Source: Octopus vulgaris
Lineage: Eukaryota
DNA: 64,000 bases
Reading direction: 5' to 3'
Assembly (NCBI GenBank): GCA_951406725.2
Contig: OX597835.1
Span: forward strand, 13,144,001-13,208,000
The notes beneath the pieces were generated by a model that was not told the DNA's origin, made no database searches, and saw only the letters and a program-made list of their open reading frames with translations. Shown piece after piece: positions 26,690 through 40,392 of the stretch. The number at the start of each line of letters is the position of its first letter. The first letter of the stretch is position 1. Made by a program: the position numbers and the translations under genes.

Positions 26690-27110
26690 GTATGAACCTA
26701 AGTTGGCTTGAAGGCCCAGTGAAGACATTGGACATGCCTCCAGGCCAATTTGTTGTGAAGGCGTGTTTTAAGAGAATGGGCATGCCCCCTTCTACCAGAC
26801 CATTGTGTATTGGAGGATTTGTGAGGACAATAGATACAGACCCTTTCATCAGACCAATTTGTCTTGGAGGACCTGTGAAGACACTGGCTACAGCTCTTTT
26901 CTACAGATCATTGTCTTGGTGAGTTTGGGAAGACAATGGGCACACCTCCCTTTATCCAAGCTAATTTGTCTTGCAGATTCTGTGAAGACGATGGGTGCAA
27001 CCTCTTCCTCTAGACCATTTTGTTTTGGAGAGTCTGTGGAGAAAATGGACCTCACCTATCTCTAAACTAATTTGTATTGGAGTGTCTGCGAAGACAATGG
27101 TCATTCCCTT
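26690..27110. repeat. Degenerate ~54-nt tandem array
   Basis: GAAGAC-like anchors at 26721, 26769, 26823, 26877, 26929, 26984, 27038, 27090. Confidence 0.8.
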
Positions 27111-27794
27111 TCTTGCTGACTTTTGTAACGGGGGTTCTGTGTATGTCCCCTTAGTGCCATCCACTAATACGGTATGATATATATACCACGGAACGGGGTA
27201 GACACCAACTGTCTCCACCTGATGTATCCCCAAATACTCTGCCAACGACTGTAACCAATCCAAAACGACTCTCAATGAACTATAACAACTTCTCAACAAC
27301 TCCATGAACTCACAAATGACACCTTTCGACTTCCTGCGATTTCTCCCCTCTTGTTTACAGTCAAATACACTTCTACTTATACGAGTTCAGCTAGTCCATT
27401 CTCACAGGGGGTGTCATGATTCTCACCATAACTCAGACCACTCTTGATAAAGGCAACTTTATTTGATTAGGAACTTATCAAAGAATTGAAAGGTAGGGAA
27501 AGATTTTCCTAGAAATTAGAAACCAAGTGTGTAAAGAAGTGAAAACATTTGTTACAAAGGAAGGTAGGTGGCATGAAAGATTCCCAGAAAATGGTTTTTA
27601 GCTATTCTTGAAGTGTGAACAATGAAACTCTAATATAATAATATGTTTGAAGAATAAATTAGGAAAATAATTAACTGTTACGTTAATTGCTCTGGCACCA
27701 AACCAATTGTGGATTGAAGTAGAAATTTATGAAGAGGGTTTGTAATTCGTTTGTGGGAAATTTCTCTCTTGTTTTCTTCTTGGTTCCTTCTGTC

Positions 27795-28123
27795 TTTTAC
27801 TTGTTTCATTCATTAACTTGTGGCCATGCTGGGGCACAGCCCTGATGGGTTTAGTTGAACAAATTAATACCGGTACTTAAATTTTGTAAAGTCTGGTACT
27901 TATTGTATTGGTCTCATTTGCTGAACTACTAAGTTACTAGGATATTTTACTTGTTTCATTCATTAACTTGTGGCCATGCTGGGGCACAGCCCTGATGGGT
28001 TTAGTCGAACAAATTAATACCGGTACTTAAATTTTGTAAAGTCTGGTACTTATTGTATTGGTCTCATTTGCTGAACTACTAAGTTACTAGGATATTTTAC
28101 TTGTTTCATTCATTAACTTGTGG
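27795..28123. repeat. 150-bp tandem duplication (about 2.2 copies) of a decayed SINE A tail
   Basis: TTTTACTTGTTTCATTCATTAACTTGTGGC recurs at 27795, 27945 and 28095; units nearly identical. Confidence 0.92.
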
Positions 28124-29539
28124 CAACCCCACTGTTTCTCTTGTACTTAATTTATTGACCCCGAAAGGATGAAAAGCAAAGTCGACTTTGGTGAAATTTG
28201 AACTCAGAATGTAAAGAGGGACGAAATACCGCTAAGCATTTCGCCCGACATGCTAACGTTTCTGCCAGCTCACCACCTTCAAATGAAGAAACGATATTAA
28301 AGAGATGTAAATTATACATTAATTGAAATGAAAGGGGTGAAATGTGATGGGATAAGATGGAGGTTAGTAGTAGGTTAAAATAAAAGAAAGGAGAAAAAAT
28401 TAAAATAGGGGGAATGAGTTGAAGGAAGAATAGAATAAAGAAGATGAAAGAAATTGAGGTAATTTTTTGTAAATAGTCAGATATAATGGACCCTTAGTTC
28501 TGAACCTTTTCTCTCTCAAAGACCCCTTTTATTTAAACAAATTTTCTCACAGACCCCAGCTTTTTGAAAGGTCTATTTCCTGAATAAGCCAATGTTATTA
28601 AATGACAACACAATTGTTTTCTTTGTTTTGTCTCATAATTAAAAGATATATGTAATTGAATAATTATAAGTAATTGAGTAATTATATATTTTAAATTGCC
28701 ACCTTTTAGAATTTTGAACTCAGTTCACAGAAGAACCCCAAGCAGTGTCTTTGTGGGCCCCATTGGTTTGCAAAGCTTAGCTTTGGGAAATCGTTGATTC
28801 TGAAGGTCAAGAAAAATGTATATAGAAGTCATTAGATTTAGATAATTAATCAAAACAAGAGTTGGATAAGAAATTAGTCTTACTTGCTGTTTGAATTAAC
28901 TTAAATCAGAAAGAATAAAGACGTAAGGTGAAAAGCAGTGTTGTAAGAGGCTGATGGTTAGTAAGGAGAGACACACAAATAAGAAAGAAGAAAGCAAGAG
29001 ACCACTGATGCAGTCACAGGAGTGTGACGAAAGAACTCTGGCCGAAATAAGATTAAGATTAATGTAAAAAATAAATAACGCTGAAGCAAAGTAACATCGA
29101 ATATATATATAGTGTGTGTGTTTTTATTGGGTAAACTGGCAAAATGACCATTCCTAAATACAACAATATCTGTTTCAACACACGGTTTCACATCAAAAAT
29201 CTTGCAAAACAAATATATAAACGTAAGTGTTGTAAGAGGTTCAAAGACAAACATGAATGCTGCATTTCATTGGAATTTAATAGAAATGGTAATAAAAGAG
29301 GTTTCTGGTTGCAAAGTTACTCTAAGAAATGTCTATCTGAAATGGAACACGTTGCAACTCGTTAGCAATTATTTTAATGGGAGCTTTTTGTCCACCCCCA
29401 AAAAAATAGCATTTTCAGTTACATATTTGTTTATTGATTTCAAGGTGTCTCTTATACGTTTAGTGCCAATACCTTCTTGAGAATTCATCAGAGATTTTCT
29501 ATTATACCTATTTATATATAATAGAAAAATTTTAATTAA

Positions 29540-29842
29540 AAAGCACCATCTGTTCGTGGCCGTTGCCAGCCTTGCCTGGCCCCCGTGCCGGTGGCACGTT
29601 AAAAGCACCATCTGATCGTGGCCGTCTGCCAGCCTCGTCTGGCACCTGTGCAGGTGGCACATAAAAAGCACCCACTACACTCACGGATTGGTTGGCGTTA
29701 GGAAGGGTATCCAGCCGTAGAAACACTGCCAGATCAGACTGGGCCTGGTGCAGCCTTCTGGCTTCCCAGACCCCAGTTGAACCGTCCAACCCATGCTAGC
29801 ATGGAAAACAGACGCTAAACGATGATGATGATGATGATGATG
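29540..29842 (+). mobile_element. Family C (RTE-tail) copy with repeated GGCACGTAAAAGCACC modules
   Basis: Modules followed by the GGAAGGG(T/C)ATCC core and (GAT)n tail. Confidence 0.7.
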
Positions 29843-29869
29843 ATATATGGGCTGGCTTAACCACATTTT

Positions 29870-31085
29870 TCATGGGTGCTTTTTATGTAGACTGGCATGA
29901 GGGCACTTGCAAGGAAAAAAATCCATCAGCTGTTGGAGAGGGGGAGGCATTAACAGTTCTGCTGTGGTTGGCAGGTTTTCTTGTGTACAGCAAGGCACCA
30001 AATATCTTGGTCCTTTGTCACCTCCTTTGTATGTCTCAGTGTCCTGATATTAGCCTTCAGTACTTTGTCCCATGTCTTCTGCTAGTTCCATTCACTTTAA
30101 GTGATTGGTACTTTCTTACGCAACCATCCTCATCCTTCTGAATCACATGACCAAACCAGTGCTGTCTCCTCTCTTGCCCATTCTATTTAATTCCCCTTAT
30201 GCCTAACTTTTCTCTCAATATACTAGCATTCTGTTGTCCACATACACTTACATTGCACATCCAGCAGGGCGTACTAGCGTCGTTCCTCTCTAAGCCTTTG
30301 CATGTCCTCTGCATTCAGGGCCCACATCTCACTACCATGTAGCACTGCTGTTCCTATACAAGCATCATACAATCTTCCTTTCATTCAGAGAGAGAGAGAG
30401 ACCTTTGGTTGCCAACAAAGGTAAAAGCTCTTTGAATTTTCACCATCCTATTCTTATTCTAGAGATTACACTTTCCGTACATCCTCACCAATTACTCATT
30501 AGGTCCTTTAAGTAGTACAAATTATCTGCTACCCTTAAAAAGCTTCTGGGGCATTTAGGTGAATTAATTTTCTGATTATCTGTAGTTTTCATGGCTCCTG
30601 TGCATCTTCCACACACAGGCACCATCTTCTCTGATAACCTTCCTGTTATTCCATTGCACCTCTTGTGTGTCTATAGCTTGCACCAGGTACACCGTATGAA
30701 ATTCCTGCCTACACCATTCCTACATATTGAGCTGGGCCATTTACCTGAAGGAGATAAGGTCCTGTTTGTTTTCTTGATTACTGAAACCTTAGAACCTTAG
30801 TCTTTGCTAAGTTAAACTTAAGGCCCTTCGATTCCGGATGTTACTTCGATACCTGGAATAACTTTTCTAGCTCTGATATAGAATCTGCTATCAGAGCCTG
30901 GTCATCAGTAGCCAGTCTTGAATTCCTCTGTTATGGTCTGGAGGATAATGATACAAAAGGTGGGGACTAAGAACCAAGCCCTGATAAACACCTACCTGTA
31001 CACCAAAGTCATCACTGTACTGATGGTTAACTCTCACCTCACTGACAGTCACTGTACATGGCTTGTACAGCATTCACAAGCCACT
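29870..31085 (-). mobile_element. Degenerate RTE LINE (RT domain to 3' end)
   Basis: Minus-strand fragments GVQVGVYQGLVLSP (RT QG motif), LYDACIGTAVLHGSEMWAL and QERRQHWFGHV; many stops and frameshifts. Confidence 0.75.
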
Positions 31086-31911
31086 ATGTGTGTGTAGATA
31101 GATAGATAAATAGAAAGAGATAGATAGATAGATAGAAAGATATATATATATATAGATAAATATAGTATATGAGAAAGTGTGTGGAGGGGAAAATAGAAAG
31201 AATATTTATTAGTAAATCAATGTCAATTTGCGCCATTTTCTTCATAGCATCTGAAGAGATGCAGGAGATAATGAGGGAGAGACAGAGACAGAGACAGAGA
31301 CAGACAGACAGAGAAAGAGAAAGGGAGAGAGAGCGAGCGAGAGAGGATATATTTTTTTTTTTTCTTTTTTACATCTAAATGTATAACTGTATATACAACA
31401 ATGCTAACACATTCTAAAAGAATGTCCTAATTCCTAGTTCCAGGTAAATGTCTTGGAAACTCCCCACCTCCACCCCCACCCCCATCAAAGAACAAAAAAA
31501 AAAAAAAAAAACAGCCAAAAAAAGCACGCAAACAAAACCCAAATAAATAAACCAACCATAAAGAAAATACTTTTTCCTATTGATTGATTCTCGTTATTGA
31601 TTTCTTACAATGTAACAAATGAACACGCTTTGTTGTAGTTAAAGGACTGAACGAAAGCTTTGGCTTGTTACTTTTTTTTTTTTTGTTTTTTTGTTGTTTT
31701 CTGTCTTTTGTTTTAAGCCTTCTTTTTTTTTTTTTATCGCTCGTTGTTTCTTTTGTTGTTGTTGTTTTTTTTTGTTTTTTAAAAATTCTTTCGTTCGCTG
31801 ATTATCGAGCTTTTCTGTTAGTTTTGTACCACATTAGTCTTTACACAAAGAGGTACATTCATATTTTTCTTATCTCTCGTCTCAACTTGCTTTTATTTAT
31901 TTATCTATTTA

Positions 31912-31932
31912 TTGTTATTATTATCATCATCA

Positions 31933-31996
<64 letters not shown>

Positions 31997-32034
31997 CATT
32001 ATTATTATTATCATCATCATTATTATTATTATTA

Positions 32035-32071
<37 letters not shown>

Positions 32072-32096
32072 CATATTATTATTATTATTATTATTA

Positions 32097-32169
<73 letters not shown>

Positions 32170-32195
32170 CATTATTATTATTATTATCATCATCA

Positions 32196-32229
<34 letters not shown>

Positions 32230-32264
32230 CATTATTATTATTATTATCATCGTTATTATTATCA

Positions 32265-32307
<43 letters not shown>

Positions 32308-32315
32308 CGTCATCA

Positions 32316-32358
<43 letters not shown>

Positions 32359-32385
32359 CATCATCATCATCATCATCATCATCGT
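31912..32385. repeat. (TAT/CAT)n trinucleotide microsatellite
   Basis: About 470 bp of ATT/ATC repeats. Confidence 0.97.
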
Positions 32386-32993
32386 CGGCGGCGGCGTTGT
32401 TGTTGTTGTTATTTATTTAATTTTTTTTTTTTTTTTTTTTTTTTGCTGGCAACATCAATTTTCATATCACTGAAAACTGGGTCTTTAGATTCTCTCCTAC
32501 TATCATATTTCTGGTTGTAGTTTATGCTTTTGTCTCTTCTGTAGTCTCTTCAAACCGTTTTTTTTTTTTTTTTTGTTGTTGTTGTTGTTGTTGTTGGTAG
32601 TGTTTCTGTTTTTTTTTTTTTTTTAGCTTTTGTTTTTGGTTTTTCAAAAGAAAAATTGTAATTAGGTTTTGTGAAGTTAAAAGACAACAGGAAAAAACAC
32701 AACAACTAAAATAACGAAAAAGATGAAAAGAAAAATTGAATTTAAAAAAAAATATATATATTTTACTCTGCTGATGGAGAAGATATAATGCAGGAGTGAG
32801 TGAGAGAGAGGGAGGGAGAGAGAGACAGAAAGCGAGAGAGAGAGAGAGAGAGGGAGAGAGAGAGAGAGAGGTACATTAGTGAGATAATTAGTTATGTAGG
32901 TGTTGATATATATATGTACATACACATGTACAAATGTATATATGTACATGTGTGTGTGTCTCTCTCTTCTTTTTCTCTCTTTCACTCTCTCTC

Positions 32994-33040
<47 letters not shown>

Positions 33041-33371
33041 ATATATACAAACATACATACACACACACACACACCTGCATATATTCATTTTTATGTCTGT
33101 TTTTCTATGCTGGCAGGAGTTAGGTGAATAATGAATATATTTTAGTGAGGCATTGTTTCATAGCCAGATGTGGGTGTATGCATGTATGTATAATATATGT
33201 GTTTTCATATGTATGTATGTATGTATGTAGGTAGGTGTATGTATACACACATATGACACACACTTTCCAAAGACGGAAGAATAGTTTGGTATGCTGAGTA
33301 AATATAGCTAGATAGTTATCAAGATAAGTAAGGTAATAGCTAAACTGTTATACATAGAAACAAGAGAATGA

Positions 33372-33478
33372 CAGGGAGAGAGAGAGAGAAAGAGAGGGAG
33401 AGAGAGAGAGAAAGAGAGAGAGGGATAAAAAGAGAGAGAGAGAGAGAAAGAAAGAGAGAGAAAAAGAGAGAGAGAGAA

Positions 33479-33509
<31 letters not shown>

Positions 33510-33661
33510 AAGAAAGAGAGAGAGAGAGAGAAAAAAAAGAGAGAAAGAGAGAGAGAGAGATAGAAAGAGAAAGAGAGAGAGAGAGAAAGAAAGAAAGAGA
33601 GAGAGAGAAAGAAAGAGAGAGAGAAAGAGAGAGAGAAAGAAAGAGAGAGAAAAAAAGAGAG

Positions 33662-33694
<33 letters not shown>
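33372..33694. repeat. (GA)n/(GAAA)n polypurine tract
   Basis: About 320 bp of almost purine-only sequence. Confidence 0.95.
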
Positions 33695-33696
<2 letters not shown>

Positions 33697-34228
33697 TCAG
33701 CCTATTTCACCAATAGAAATATAAAAATGGCAATTATTTTGAATTATGATAACATTAATGGAAAACAACAAATTATTTTTCCCCCAAAAGAGTCACTATG
33801 GAGAAAACGAAAGGAAGAGGCAATTCATTGTAAATTAATCTTGTGTCAAATTAATATACCCTCTCGGAATAGCATTAGATTAAAATAATGGTATGTATAA
33901 CATTTATGTTGTATATATATATATACCAATGTAGAATGGCATTAGCTGTAATATTTATCTGCGAGAAGCTTCTCGAAGACATCTGTGTGTTAGAAAAAGA
34001 CAGAGCTCCACTCAGGAAAGGCATTGGGTTGCGAGACACAGGTGTTTCAACTTTGTTTGGTCTCCTCAGTGATGAATACACAGAATATTCTGAGCCAAGC
34101 TGAATATGCTTGCTCTGATACAGAAATCAGCAATCGAAACATTTAATGATTTCTGTGAGAGGCTTGCCAAATTAGAATTCAGTTAACATATAAACTTGAA
34201 ACAGCATCAATTTAAAATACCTGCATGT

Positions 34229-34275
<47 letters not shown>

Positions 34276-34371
34276 CGGGAAGGTTTATGAAAATAAACAA
34301 AAGACAAAGGCAGGTGGAGTACAAACAAACAAATGCATTAGTATGGTGCTCAGGAATAGAAATAGAACAAG

Positions 34372-34409
34372 TCTTTTACGTTTCGAGCCTACGCTCTTCG
34401 ACAGAAAGA
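34372..34409 (-). ncRNA. Hammerhead-like motif (non-canonical core) in a ~165-bp element (34275-34440) flanked by (TA)n
   Basis: Minus strand: TCTTT-CTGTCGAA-GAGC(GTAG)GCTC-GAAA-CGTA-AAAGA; same family as 14973-15008. Confidence 0.55.
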
Positions 34410-34436
34410 TACACAGAAAAGAAACAAGGAGAGAAA

Positions 34437-34506
<70 letters not shown>

Positions 34507-37327
34507 CACATACACATTTTAGTGAAGCTTCTCAAAGAGACTTGGGTAAAACGTGGTGTCTGGCGATCTGCCAATAACATTCTGAGTTAATATTGTGTCT
34601 TCCAAAACTTAATGTCTTTGAGAAGTTTCTCTCAGACAGAATGTTACAGCCAATGCGATTCTACACTTGTGTATACGTTATAAAGATCATATATGCTTTA
34701 AACATTGTTATTTTTATTTGATGTTGCTTCATGTGTATATATGGATTTAATTTTAGCTTGACCAGTGATTGTTCTTCTTTAATGATTCTTACATCACAAA
34801 GACCTGTCTTCCACAGCAGAAGTATTAATGCCACTCACCCCGGTAAAGCGGGTTGGCCTACAAGAGTCCTGTACCGGTGCCACATAAGAAGCACTTGTGC
34901 TGGTGCCATGTAAATGCACTCATGCAGTGCCACATAAAAGCACCCAATACACTCTGTAAAGTGGTTGGCATTAGAAAGAGCATCCGTCTTTAGAAACCAT
35001 GCCAAGACAGACAGGTGGAGCTTGGTGCAACTCTCTAGCTTTCCAGCTCTGGTCAAGCCATCTAACCCATGCCAGCATGGATAACAGATGTTAAAGAATG
35101 ATGATGTTGATGAATAAATATATTTTTGACTTAGCTCAAAATTTCAAGTGGTGTTCATCACTGAGAGGACCAAATGATGTTAAAACACCAGCGTCTTATG
35201 GATTCCTGATGACATTCTTGAGTGGGCTCTGTGGTTTCTCTCATGTCTTTCTGCATTTGTAAATGCATAATTGTTTTATACCCCTGTATTTTATTCAACA
35301 GTTGTTTCAAGTGTATAAATCAATTTATATTATAAATATTATACACAATGTTATGTTAATTATGCAAAAGTTCCAGCAATGACTCTTACAGTTGTTTGAT
35401 TAACATTCCTATATACTCACTGACTGAGTATTCCATAGACCCTCATATCTTTACCCCAGTTTTTCTCAAAGTGGAATGTTTAATATTGATACCAGGGACA
35501 AAAGAGTGTAGTAGAGAGCAATAGGTGTATCTTTTATCTTTTGCTTGTTCCAATTATTTTTGACTGCAACCATGCCTTGAAGAATGCTAGTTGAACAAAT
35601 CGACCCCAGGACTTATTTTTTTAAGCCTGGTTCTTATTCTATTAGTCTCGTTTGCCCAACTGCTAAGTTATGGGTACCTAAAGACACCAACATACACTAG
35701 TTTACATCTATTATTGATAGATGGGTTTAGTTTTGATAATGATGATTGCCTCCTTAAACTGTAAGTTTCCTATGTTCCATTCTGTTGCCTTGATGGCAGT
35801 GTTGATGTTTTGGTTGTGGCTTTTCTCCCAGTGTTCCTTAACTAACAAAAACATAATCACAACAAGTTCCAATAACTCACTCTTCTACAAGAGTTAAACC
35901 CATGTTTAACTAGACAGAGACATCAATATTGTAATATTACAAGAGACACAAGCTGTTTGTGTGATACACTATGCTGCTATTTGACATTTTCTTTCGTCAA
36001 TAAAATTATTCACAAACTGTTGTATAAAATTTAATGCACATCTTTAAAATAGCTAGAAAACATTTCAGCATTTATGTATTTATTTCTATATTTCTATATT
36101 TATTCATTTAAATATTTAATTTATTCCAGAACATTCCTCTGCTGAAAAACAGAAAACATTAAAAGTCATTTTGATTAACATGTAACCACTTTCATGTGGC
36201 AACAAATTCATTCATAAGCACAAACACAAACTATTTCTTAGCATTCAACTCCGTGGTTTCACTGAGATCATTTGCTTTTCTTTCCTTTTGTTTTTTTCTT
36301 GTTAGACAGGATATACACCGTTCATTAAACTCTTTTCAATTCCGAATTGCAATTAACTTCTGTCAGCTGTTTTGCTAATAATTTTAGTTGGTTACGAAAA
36401 CACGGTGCTGTTGGTTAAAGAGAGCTGCTGCACGCTGTTTGTTTATTGTTTGTAATTATGAAGAATATAAGTAATTCTTGAGCGTCATTAAAATAATTTA
36501 CATAACGATGATTACAAAGTTACTTAAAAAGAAAAAAAATGGTGATAACATACACACTTTAACACATACACACACACACACACACGCGCGTGCACACACA
36601 TACACACATTGTTATTGCCATTATTTTTGTCATCATCATCATCGACACTATCACTACCATCACCATCATCATCACCAGCGGCTCATCTTCATCATCACTA
36701 TCATCATCATCATCATCAAGATTGTTATTATTGTCATCATTGTTGTCATTGCTGTCACATCGCCATTATTATCATCATCATCACCATCATCATTGCTGTC
36801 GTCATCATCATCATCATCATCATCACTGTCATCATCACCATCACCACTGCCATCATCACACTGGTGTGGGTTTGACAGATCTGCTTGAGTGTTGATGGAC
36901 ACTATGACCCATGACTGCCTCGTTCTCTGTGAGATTGAATATCTTGAGAGATGGCTTCGCCACCCTCCTCCCTTCCCTCCTACTTACAGTCTTTCTCAGT
37001 CACAAATAATCTCCACCCTCAGTCTACAACCCTTTATCACTGAGCACTCCTCATATCATTATTTATTTATGTCTTTACATGCATGTGCACACACACACAC
37101 ACCCACACACACACACACTCACATGCACGGTTGATGCTAGTGCCGCTAAATTGGCTCCCGTGCTAGTGGCATGTAAATAGCACCATTTGAGTGTGGTCGA
37201 CGCCAGTGCTGCCTCACTGGCTCTTGTGCCAGTGGCACATAAAAAGCACCATTTGAGTGTGGTTGATGTCAGTGCCCCCCGAATGTCGTCCGTGTCACTA
37301 ACAATTCTTTCCAGCTCACCATCTTAA

Positions 37328-37550
37328 CCCTTTTGATAGTAACCCAGCTGAAACCACCTCTGGGTCTGTAATACATATGTCTTGTTTCTATAAGTTTTGA
37401 ATTAAAATCTTCCACTAAACTTTAGTCACAATTTATGTTGCTAACACTAGCTTAATGATAACCAAGTTATTTTACTAAATTCTTTGTTATATTTAAAATT
37501 TAATTGAAAGAAACACAGAGCATCTCAAAATAAATATGGTAAAGAAAGGG
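37328..37550. mobile_element. piggyBac-type MITE (degenerate)
   Basis: TTAA|CCCTTT left end and AAAGGG|ATAA right end. Confidence 0.5.
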
Positions 37551-37569
37551 ATAATAATATTAATAATAA

Positions 37570-37765
37570 TTCTTTCTACTGGAAGCACAAGGCCTCAAAT
37601 TTGGGGGAAGGGGTTAAATCGATTACATCAACTCCAGTGCGTAACTGGTACTTATCTAACTGGCCCCGAAAGAATGAAAGGCAAAGTTGACCCCAGTGGA
37701 ATTTGAACTCAGAACATAAAGATAGATGAAATACTGCTAAGCATGCTAACAATTCTGCCGCCTTC

Positions 37766-37810
<45 letters not shown>

Positions 37811-38017
37811 CCTTTCTACACATTTCTCAAATGTGGGGAAAGGGATTAAGTTGATTACATCGACCCCAGTGTGTGATTGGTACTAATATTATCGATCCTG
37901 AAAGGATGAAAGGCAAAGTCGACCCTGGTGGAATTTGAACTCAGAACGTAAAGACAGACGAAATACTGTTAAGTATTTCGCCCGGCATGCTAACGATTCT
38001 GCCAGTTTGTTGCCTTC
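37570..38017 (-). mobile_element. Two tandem SINE family B copies within (TAA)n
   Basis: Two GAAAGGCAAAGTTGACC...GAATTTGAACTCAGAAC units separated by (TAA)n. Confidence 0.75.
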
Positions 38018-39517
38018 ATTAATGATAACAGCATGAAGATATTGGGTTGAAAAGAAATTCCCGTTTCGGATAGAAAATGTCGAAGGCTTCCCAGGAGACT
38101 CAAACTTGTCTCTTGTGGGACATATCTGCGGGTTCTAGCCAAAAAGGGTTTTGTCACCTAATATTTATATATATTGGTCTTTTGGAAATTTTTGTTGGGT
38201 AAAAGAAGAAAGCAGAAGTTACATAAAAGCAATCAGTTTTTCTTTTTTTATATTCCTTTTGACTTGTGAATCTTTTGCCTCTGTTCCTCCATCATTAATT
38301 AGCATTCTCTTTAATAAACTTTACTTAATTCAGTGCTGACATAATTACTGTGAGTGAACTGAGAAATGTTAATTAATTAAAAAATTTACTGAAATCGGTG
38401 AGAAGCAAAAAAAAAAAAACAACCAAAAGCAAGCAAACAAACAAGCAAGCAAACACAAGCAGAGAAACTCGTTAGCTTCATGATTAAATTCTGGTCAAGA
38501 AATGTAAGGGAAATAACTCCTGATTTTTAACTTAATTAAATATCAGTTCCAAAGTGGAATGTGAGCAATGCTATGAGGTGGGTGGGTGGGTTGGTTGTTG
38601 GGGTGGGGTGGGGGTCGATGGAGATGGGGAGGGAGAAAGTTTGATCTTTCTCTGAAGTTGTTACAATATTTGCCAAGTATCAGATTCCTGCCCCTTCCCC
38701 CCTACACTCGTATACATACAATAAATGTCCATATTCAACTTTTAATTAATTAATTTCATTTAAATTTCCGAGATATCTTCTCTTGTCTGTCCTTATTTGA
38801 ATTAATCATTAAATTAATGAGTTCCTTTTCCCTGCTGCTACAAATGTAATCTTAATTAAAGAAAAAAAACCAGTTACGCACTGGTTCACTCTATTAGGTG
38901 AGCACTGACTTGACTGTTTATTTTTCATGCAAATGGCACCCCTGGGTATTTTGCACTCTTTTGATCTTCGTCAAGGTTCATATTCATTTATTCATTTATC
39001 TTTCACTTGTTTCTGCCATTGGACTACGGCCATACTGGAGCATCACTGTAAATAGTCTAGTTAATCAAACTGACCGTTGTACTTATCTTTTAAGCCTGGT
39101 ACATACTTCATCAGTCTAACTTTGTTGAACTGCAAAGTTACAAAGCCTTGAGTTAAGCAATGCCAGTTGTCAAACAATGGTGGTACGGACACAAATGAAA
39201 AAGCTACCCCCCCACACACACACACATCCACATACATATTGTTTGTTTTTTTTAAGTATGGATTACATAAAAACAAACACAAAGTTGAAGGTTCTCTCAA
39301 AACTCTTCTGTAGAATAAAATATTTCCTTCATTTCTACAGTCTGATGGTTTCTAAGTCAAAACTTCAAAGTCACTGTCAACCTTTGCTTTGTAAAAATAA
39401 AAAAGATTATCTGTCTGTCTGTCCTATCTATCTGTTTGTGTATCTGTCAGTCTACTCTGTCTGTCTATGTGTGTAAAATATACTCCATCAAGGTATACTG
39501 CCAAGTATCAATGTGTA

Positions 39518-39560
<43 letters not shown>

Positions 39561-39669
39561 CACACACACACACACAAACCAATACTAGTTGCTGCGGTGG
39601 TGGTGGTGGCGGTGGTGGTGGTGGCGGTGGTGGTGGTGGTGGTGGTGGACAAACTCAAAGAAACACATG

Positions 39670-40100
39670 TACAGGATGCAGTGAATAAACTGTCGTCTAA
39701 ATTATGCAAAAATGAAAAATAATATTGATGTCTCATTTTAACAGATATATTTACCAAAATTACATTAAAATATCTTGAAATACTGAAGAGTAAATTTATT
39801 CAATAAAATCGCCATTGGCTTCAACCATGGCCTCCAGAAGACTTCAGAATCTCCTGTAAACTCTTCTGGATGGTCTCCTTGTTTTAAGTTGGTGAATGCT
39901 GCCATAACCCTTGCCTTCAGTTCATCATTGGTGTTACAAAGGAGTTTGGTTGGTATCTCACTCAATTGTGCCCTACACATAATAATCAAGGGGGTTGCAG
40001 TCTGGGGAATTAGGTGGCCAGATGTTGGTCTCTCGTAGTCCAAGAAAGACAATTCTGCAATTTCTTTGAGAACAACCTGCACAGATAATTTTCTTCGTAG
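39670..40100 (-). mobile_element. Tc1/mariner transposase C-terminal remnant
   Basis: Minus strand encodes WPPNSPDCNPLDYYV (SPDLNP motif); terminates at a TA-CAG end near 39670. Confidence 0.7.
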
Positions 40101-40354
40101 AGATCAAATGTGTGTGCTGTCCATTAGCACGCACTCCCTCCATCAAATCAATGTTACCTGAACTGGGGAATGATGTACCACGCATCAGGTGTTGAAGTGT
40201 ATGCAGAGCAACATGAAATGAAGTGTTTTGCTTAAGAACAGGACACACCACCCGGTCCAGGAATAGAAACCATGATCTCCTGATCATGAGTGTAACACCC
40301 TAACTACTTGGCCATGTGCCTCCCCATCACACACACACACATATGTATATGTGA

Positions 40355-40392
<38 letters not shown>

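Noticed and set aside
26690-27110. CRISPR-like repeat/spacer appearance
   Set aside because: The repeats are highly degenerate, the linkers are mutually similar, there are no cas genes, and the context is eukaryotic.
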